Below, piece by piece: positions 58,366 to 64,000 of a DNA stretch of 64,000 nucleotides; position 1 is the stretch's first letter; each line of letters starts with the position of its first letter. The position numbers were made by a program, and so were the translations under genes. This DNA comes from Acidobacteriota bacterium (GTDB taxonomy: Bacteria > Acidobacteriota > UBA6911 > RPQK01 > JADFOI01), in assembly GCA_963663035.1 (NCBI GenBank), contig OY760074.1, positions 1,696,001 through 1,760,000 of the forward strand, written 5' to 3'. The notes beneath the pieces were generated by a model, which saw only the letters and a program-made list of their open reading frames with translations, did not search any database and was not told the origin of the DNA.

Positions 58366-59632
58366 TGACCTTGCCCCCTAAAACGAGTCCAGTTTGAATG
58401 TTAGGATTTCCGGTTTAGGAAGGAGGCAAGGATGGCAGGGAAGCGGTTTAGGGCAGAACAGATCATCATGAAGCTGCGTGAGGCAGAGGTGGGTCTGGCC
58501 CAAGGACAGAGGGTGGGACAGGTGTCGAAGCAGATGGGGGTGAGCGAGCAGACCTACTACCGGTGGCGCAAAGAGTACGGAGGGCTCCGGTTGGACCAGG
58601 CCAAGAGGTTGAAGGTGTTGGAGAAGGAGAATACCCGGTTGAAGAAGCTGGTGGCGGATCTGTCTTTGGACAAGCAGATCCTGAAGGAAGTGTCCTCGGG
58701 AAACTTCTAGGCCCGGCGAACAGGAGACGAGCGGTGATGTGGGTACGAGAGCGATTAGGAGCAGAGCGAGTCTCCGAACGTCGGGCCTGCCAAGTGCTGG
58801 GACAGGTTCGATCGACCCAGCGAAGGGAAAGGCAAATTCCCGATGATGAGGCCCGATTGGTGGCCCGGATGGTGGAGTTGGCTACGCAATACGGGCGTTA
58901 TGGCTACCGGCGGGTCACGGCGATACTTCATGGGGAAGGGTGGAAGGTGAATCCTAAGCGGGTGGAGAGGCTGTGGAGACAAGAAGGGCTGAAAGTCCCG
59001 TCCAGACAGCCGAAACGAAGGAGGCTGTGGCTTAATGACGGTTCCTGTGTTCGGTTACGAGCGGCTCGCAAGAACCACGTCTGGAGCTATGATTTCGTGC
59101 ATGAACGGACCCATGATGGGCGAGCCTTTCGGCTATTGACGATCCTGGATGAGTACACCAGAGAGTGCCTCGCCATTGATGTGAAACGGCAGATGAATCA
59201 CCAAGACGTGTTGGACCGGCTGGCGGAGTTATTCGTTGATCGGGGAGTGCCTGAGTTTATCCGGTCCGATAACGGATCGGAGTTTACGGCACAGGCGGTC
59301 CGGGACTGGCTGCAGGCTGTTGGGGTAAGGACCTTGTACATCGAGCCGGGCAGCCCCTGGGAGAATGGGTACATTGAGAGTTTCAACGGGAAACTACGGG
59401 ATGAGCTGCTGAACATGGAGATCTTCGACACGCTGGGGGAAGCCAAGGTGTTGGTAGAACGCTGGCGGAGGGATTACAATCAGATCCGGCCTCACAGCGC
59501 CTTGGCCTATCGGCCGCCGGCGCCAGAGGCCAAACTACCTAGGTCGCAGGCACTGGATCCAATCCCTTGGAGTGGACTTCAAATGGTCCCGGGTCTAGCA
59601 TAGAGGGTGGACTCGTTCGTGGGGGCAGGTCA
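58366..59632 (+). mobile_element. IS3-family insertion sequence, 1267 bp, copy 2
   Basis: Reverse complement of copy 1; one amino-acid difference in OrfB (R/H in MN.QD). Confidence 0.96.
58432..59603 (+). CDS. IS3 transposase OrfA/OrfB (-1 frameshift at GGGAAAC, 58698-58704)
   Basis: orfA 58432-58710; orfB DDE motifs. Confidence 0.9.
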
Positions 59633-61303
59633 GTAGCGCTGCCGCCGTTGCCATCAATGACGGTATAGGTGAAGCTGTCGCTGCCGTTAAAGTTGGTGTT
59701 GGGGGTATAGGTGATGGTGTCATCGACGTTGATCACAACCGTGCCATTGGTGGGCACCGTGGTGGCATTGACACTTAAAGTATCTCCATCCAGATCGCTG
59801 TCATTGGCCAAAACGTTGATGACAACGGCGGTGTCCTCATTGGTGGTGGCCCCATCATCCACGGCAGTAGGATCATCGTTGGTGCCATTGACGGTGACAT
59901 TGACGGTAGCGGTAGCGCTGCCGCCATTGCCATCGATCACGGTGTAGGTGAAGCTGTCTGCGCCGTTAAAGTTGGTATTGGGGGTATAGGTGATGGTTTG
60001 ATCGGCATTGATTGCAACCGTGCCATTGGTGGGCGTGGTGGTGGAATTGACCGTTAAAGTATCCCCATCCAGATCGCTGTCATTGGCCAAAACAGCAATG
60101 GCGACGGGCGTATCCTCGCTGGTGGTGGCACTATCATCCACCGCCGTGGGGTCATCATTAACGGGGGTGACAGTCACGTTGACGGTGGCCGTGGCGCTAC
60201 CACCGTTGCCATCGATGATGGTGTAGGTGAAGCTGTCGCTGCCGTTAAAGTTGCCATTCGGGGTATAGGTGATGGTTTGATCGGCATTGATTGCGACTGT
60301 GCCATTGGTGGGCGCGGTGGTGGAATTGACCGTTAAAGTATCCCCATCCAGATCGCTGTCATTGCCTAAAACAGCAATGGCGACGGGCGTATCCTCGCTG
60401 GTGGTGGCACTATCATCCACCGCCGTGGGGTCATCATTAACGGGGGTGACAGTCACGTTGACGGTGGCCGTGGCGCTACCACCGTTGCCATCGATGATGG
60501 TGTAGGTGAAGCTGTCGCTGCCGTTAAAGTTGCCATTCGGGGTATAGGTGATGGTTTGATCGGCATTGATTGCAACCGTGCCATTGGTGGGCGTGGTGGT
60601 GGAATTGACCGTTAAAGTATCTCCATCCAGATCACTGTCATTGGCCAAAACGGTAATGGTGACAGCCGTGTCTTCTTGGGTGGTGGCACTATCATCCACC
60701 GCAGTGGGATCATCATTGCCGGCATTGACGGTGACATCCACAGTAGCGGTAGCGCTGCCGCCGTTGCCATCAATGACGGTATAGGTGAAGCTGTCGCTGC
60801 CGTTAAAGTTGGTGTTGGGGGTATAGGTGATGGTGTCATCGACGTTGATCACAACCGTGCCATTGGTGGGCACCGTGGTGGCATTGACACTTAAAGTATC
60901 TCCATCCAGATCGCTGTCATTGGCCAAAACGTTGATGACAACGGCGGTGTCCTCATTGGTGGTGGCCCCATCATCCACGGCAGTAGGATCATCGTTGGTG
61001 CCATTGACGGTGACATTGACGGTGACATTGACGGTAGCGCTGCCGCCATTGCCATCGATCACGGTGTAGGTGAAGCTGTCTGCGCCGTTAAAGTTGGTAT
61101 TGGGGGTATAGGTGATGGTGTCATCGACGTTGATCACAACCGTGCCATTGGTGGGCACCGTGGTGGCATTGACACTTAAAGTATCTCCATCCAGATCGCT
61201 GTCATTGGCCAAAACAGCAATGGCGACGGGCGTATCCTCGCTGGTGGTGGCACTATCATCCACCGCCGTGGGGTCATCATTAACGGGGGTGACAGTCACG
61301 TTG
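59633..61303 (-). repeat. Six near-identical coding repeats of about 279 bp
   Basis: About 93-aa period; DNA-level identity and mosaic unit types. Confidence 0.92.
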
Positions 61304-61518
61304 AGAATGTCAAATGCCCATTCGTTCGTTCGCTGCAGCGCCTTTTCATTTCGGTCACACACAGAGACCACTTTTGCTTTTTCCAAGCTGCATAAATTTC
61401 TGACAATATTGGGACCCCAGTAACCGTATCCGACCACCCCAAAGCGGATAACATTGGGGTCACGTCTGAAGACGGTCTCCAACTGGATTGGGTGTGGCTG
61501 GCGGCTCAGGTTCATCAT
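59633..61518 (-). pseudogene. Chimera: Gfo/Idh/MocA oxidoreductase N-terminus fused to six cadherin-like/Ig (Big_9-type) repeats, truncated by the IS
   Basis: FGVVGYGYWGPNIVRN...VCDRN, then (VNDDPTAVDD...NDSDLDGD...YTP..NFNG.DSFTY)x6. Confidence 0.8.
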
Positions 61519-61533
61519 GATCTTACACTTTGC

Positions 61534-62766
61534 TCAATACGCGCCTTTGCCATTCAAGAGCACCCAAGGTGTCTGAAAGATCAGTTTCAGATCTAGCCAC
61601 AGCGACCACTCTCTTGTGTACTTCAGGTCCATGCGCACCATTTGGTCGAAGGTGGTATGACTGCGGCCCTTCACTTGCCAAAGCCCGGTAATTCCAGGTT
61701 GTCCCTCCAACACTCGACCTCTGTGCCAGAGATCATATCGTTCGTACTCGTAAGGAATGGGTGGCCTTGGCCCCACAAGGGACATTTCTCCTTTCAATAC
61801 GTTGAGAAACTGGGGAAACTCGTCAAGGCTCGTCCTTCGTAATAACCTCCCCAGCAGAGTTACCCTCGGATCCTGGCAAATTTTATAGATGTGAGTTGAG
61901 CCATCGGAAGCTCCGAGCTTCCCGCTAATAAATTGTTCGACGTATTTCTTATGGATCTTAGGCTTCGAGTCAACGTACATTGACCTGAACTTCAAAAAAG
62001 TGAATCTCTTTCCGTGCCGCCCTATTCTCTCCTGTTTGAATAGCATCGATCCTTTTGAGGTGAGCTTGATCAGTATCGAAATAGCGAGCAAGAGAGGAGA
62101 GAAGATGATTAAAGCCATAAGACTGCCGACGACGTCCATCATTCTCTTTATTACAAGCCGCTTCTTCTTACCTTGATTGCGTCCGGTTAGATCTGGATAA
62201 AGAGTCTTATCAGGCGAATCCCAGTGCTCTCTCGTTTTAGATTCTTCGGGAAAGAAGTGGAAAGATATCCGCATTTTGTCTACCGTTGCAGGGCCAAAAG
62301 TCTTACAAAGACTGATGTGCACTTTATTGCCGATCACTTGTCTTACCACGTTCTTATCTTTCCCATTGAGCTCTACAAAAATGACTCCGAGAGTACAGTC
62401 GTTGTTGTACCAGCCCTTGGCATCGATCTCTCGCGTGGAACAGCACAGAGCCCGCGCTATTTTCCTTAAAATTTGCTCTTTGTTACTGAACAGCCAGACC
62501 TTTTCGACATCGATGAGCATCAACAGAAAGGGGTCTCCAGAACGTTCGGTTCTCTTTCGCTCCAGATAGAGCTGTTTGTGAAAAATCTCTTGTGTCAAAA
62601 GACCACCTTCCTGGTCAAACAAAGAGGCTTGAACACTGCTGGTCGGCCGGGAGCGGTTTGATGGTTGATGCCACCACAACCTTTCCATGGTGTGCTTGTT
62701 GTCTTTTCGGTGAGAGCTCATCTTAGTTCTGCGCTTGTGAAGCGGCTTGTGCTTCGCACCTGTCAC
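61534..62766 (-). CDS. Polyprenyl-phosphate priming sugar transferase (WcaJ/EpsB-like) with N-terminal extension
   Basis: KRMMD, KFRSM, DPRVT, RRTSLDEFPQ, MSLVGPRP, PGITGLWQV. Confidence 0.92.
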   Translation of the reverse strand: MTGAKHKPLHKRRTKMSSHRKDNKHTMERLWWHQPSNRSRPTSSVQASLFDQEGGLLTQEIFHKQLYLERKRTERSGDPFLLMLIDVEKVWLFSNKEQILRKIARALCCSTREIDAKGWYNNDCTLGVIFVELNGKDKNVVRQVIGNKVHISLCKTFGPATVDKMRISFHFFPEESKTREHWDSPDKTLYPDLTGRNQGKKKRLVIKRMMDVVGSLMALIIFSPLLLAISILIKLTSKGSMLFKQERIGRHGKRFTFLKFRSMYVDSKPKIHKKYVEQFISGKLGASDGSTHIYKICQDPRVTLLGRLLRRTSLDEFPQFLNVLKGEMSLVGPRPPIPYEYERYDLWHRGRVLEGQPGITGLWQVKGRSHTTFDQMVRMDLKYTREWSLWLDLKLIFQTPWVLLNGKGAY

Positions 62767-63183
62767 TTACAGTTTCCAATCTCCGAGACTGGAACTCTAC
62801 AGGCATATGCGACCTAGCCTGATTTGATAAAGAGGTAGCAGGACCTCAAAAACGGCAGCGGGACGGTAGTCTCGCTCAGCCAACCTCCAGGCGCTGCTAA
62901 TGTTAGATTAGCTCGGGCTTTCAGTCCCTACAGTTCTTGGGAATTACGCGACACAATTTTGGAATTTTGCGGCAGAGTGTTTGGAGCTGTCGGACCAAAA
63001 AAAGGTGCGAAGCTGAACGCCTCGGCGCTACTTATCCTGTGAGGAAGTGGAGACTGCGCTAGATTAATTTACCACCTTCCCCCCTTTGCTCAACCTGTCA
63101 TGAAACACAAACTCCACCAGGATAGTGCTCACCAAGTGTCATCTCTCTTCCAAGCAAGATAAGCTCTCCCTAAGGACTGCTCA

Positions 63184-64000
63184 TTATTGCTCGGAAGACA
63201 AGCCGGTTCCGTCGGAACAAAATCTCTTGCGATGTATTCCTGTTTCTGCCCTCCGCAATAACCAGACCGTAGGAAGTAGTAGCAGTAAAAGAGCTAAAGC
63301 AAAGTAGAGATCTCCCATGTGGTAGTGAGTGACGGAGGAAATGAAACTCCCATTCACATAAACGCCGAGAACAGTAAGCGTTGTAATGCGCAGCCCGTTC
63401 TGGAGAATAGCAATGGGGAAAATCGCAAGGACCAGGGCAGCTCGTGACCAATTTGTCTTGAGAAAGACTTGGCCTCCCAAGATGCTGATGATAAGGAGCA
63501 CTAGAGCTGAACGAATTCCAGAGCACGCTTTTGCAACTTCAATTTGGTATCCCGGAACCAAGAAATAGTTTCCCTCGCGAAGAAATGGCATTCCTGTTCC
63601 TTTAAGAAATACCGCAGTAAGCTCGACCGAAGCCTGCTGCAATACTACGACAATCTTGTCGAAGATAAAGCTAGGAACCGGAACTGCAAATAAGAGGAAA
63701 AGGACGGGGAATAATGTGGCTCACAGTGCCGAAAGTCCGTAGAAAGATATGAATCCGCCTGTCCAAATCGCTACAATCGAGAACATCATGAGACAGAGAT
63801 AGTCATTCTGCTCAAGTCGATCTCTTGAAGCTAAATAAAGGGCGAGAATTCCGACCAGAACTGGAAACGCTCCCCAAAAGAGAGAATACCGAGGTTGAGA
63901 GCAAATCTGGGTCCTTCTCTGATAAAAGAAACCCGCACTTACTAACGGAATCAAGACCATATGGGAGAGGGTACGATTCTGTTGTGGGCCGAGGGAAAAC
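63184..64000 (-). pseudogene. Exosortase with an in-frame TGA at 63721-63723 (5' end beyond the window)
   Basis: SHMVLIP..., LSAL*ATLFPVLFL..VP, VAKACSGIRS (Cys), NGLRI (Arg), H; ORFs 63721-63960 and 63184-63642 are in one frame. Confidence 0.85.

Noticed and set aside
63721-63723. Selenocysteine or genetic-code reassignment of TGA
   Set aside because: Not a catalytic Cys position, and many genes here end in TGA

Overview
Bacterial chromosomal window, probably Acidobacteriota-like (inference from gene content and PEP-CTERM/exosortase). It is mostly housekeeping: folB, iscA, moeB, mqnD, proline dehydrogenase, queF, ispH, an osmoprotectant ABC transporter, infA, thiC, proC, glnA-gltB-gltD and lipA. 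No rRNA, tRNA or CRISPR array was seen. Non-routine structure: (1) a divergent pair of unusual regulators (a stand-alone OmpR-type winged helix and an excisionase-HTH/B12-binding-like protein with altered ligand motifs), separated by three phased TGTCAAC-N4-GTTGACA palindromes that recur upstream of two distant genes; (2) a sigma54-type promoter driving a translationally coupled, exported CHAT (caspase-like) protease plus a TPR/dead-zincin protein; (3) modular MITE/REP-like elements in full, nested, half and collapsed forms, and heptamer-array repeats; (4) two inverted IS3 copies whose four flanks are four different broken genes, with no target duplications; (5) a decaying PEP-CTERM/EPS/exosortase region with a reciprocally degraded duplicated module and an oxidoreductase-adhesin chimera; (6) probable leaderless genes and two apparent non-canonical start codons. 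Some frameshifts may be assembly errors.
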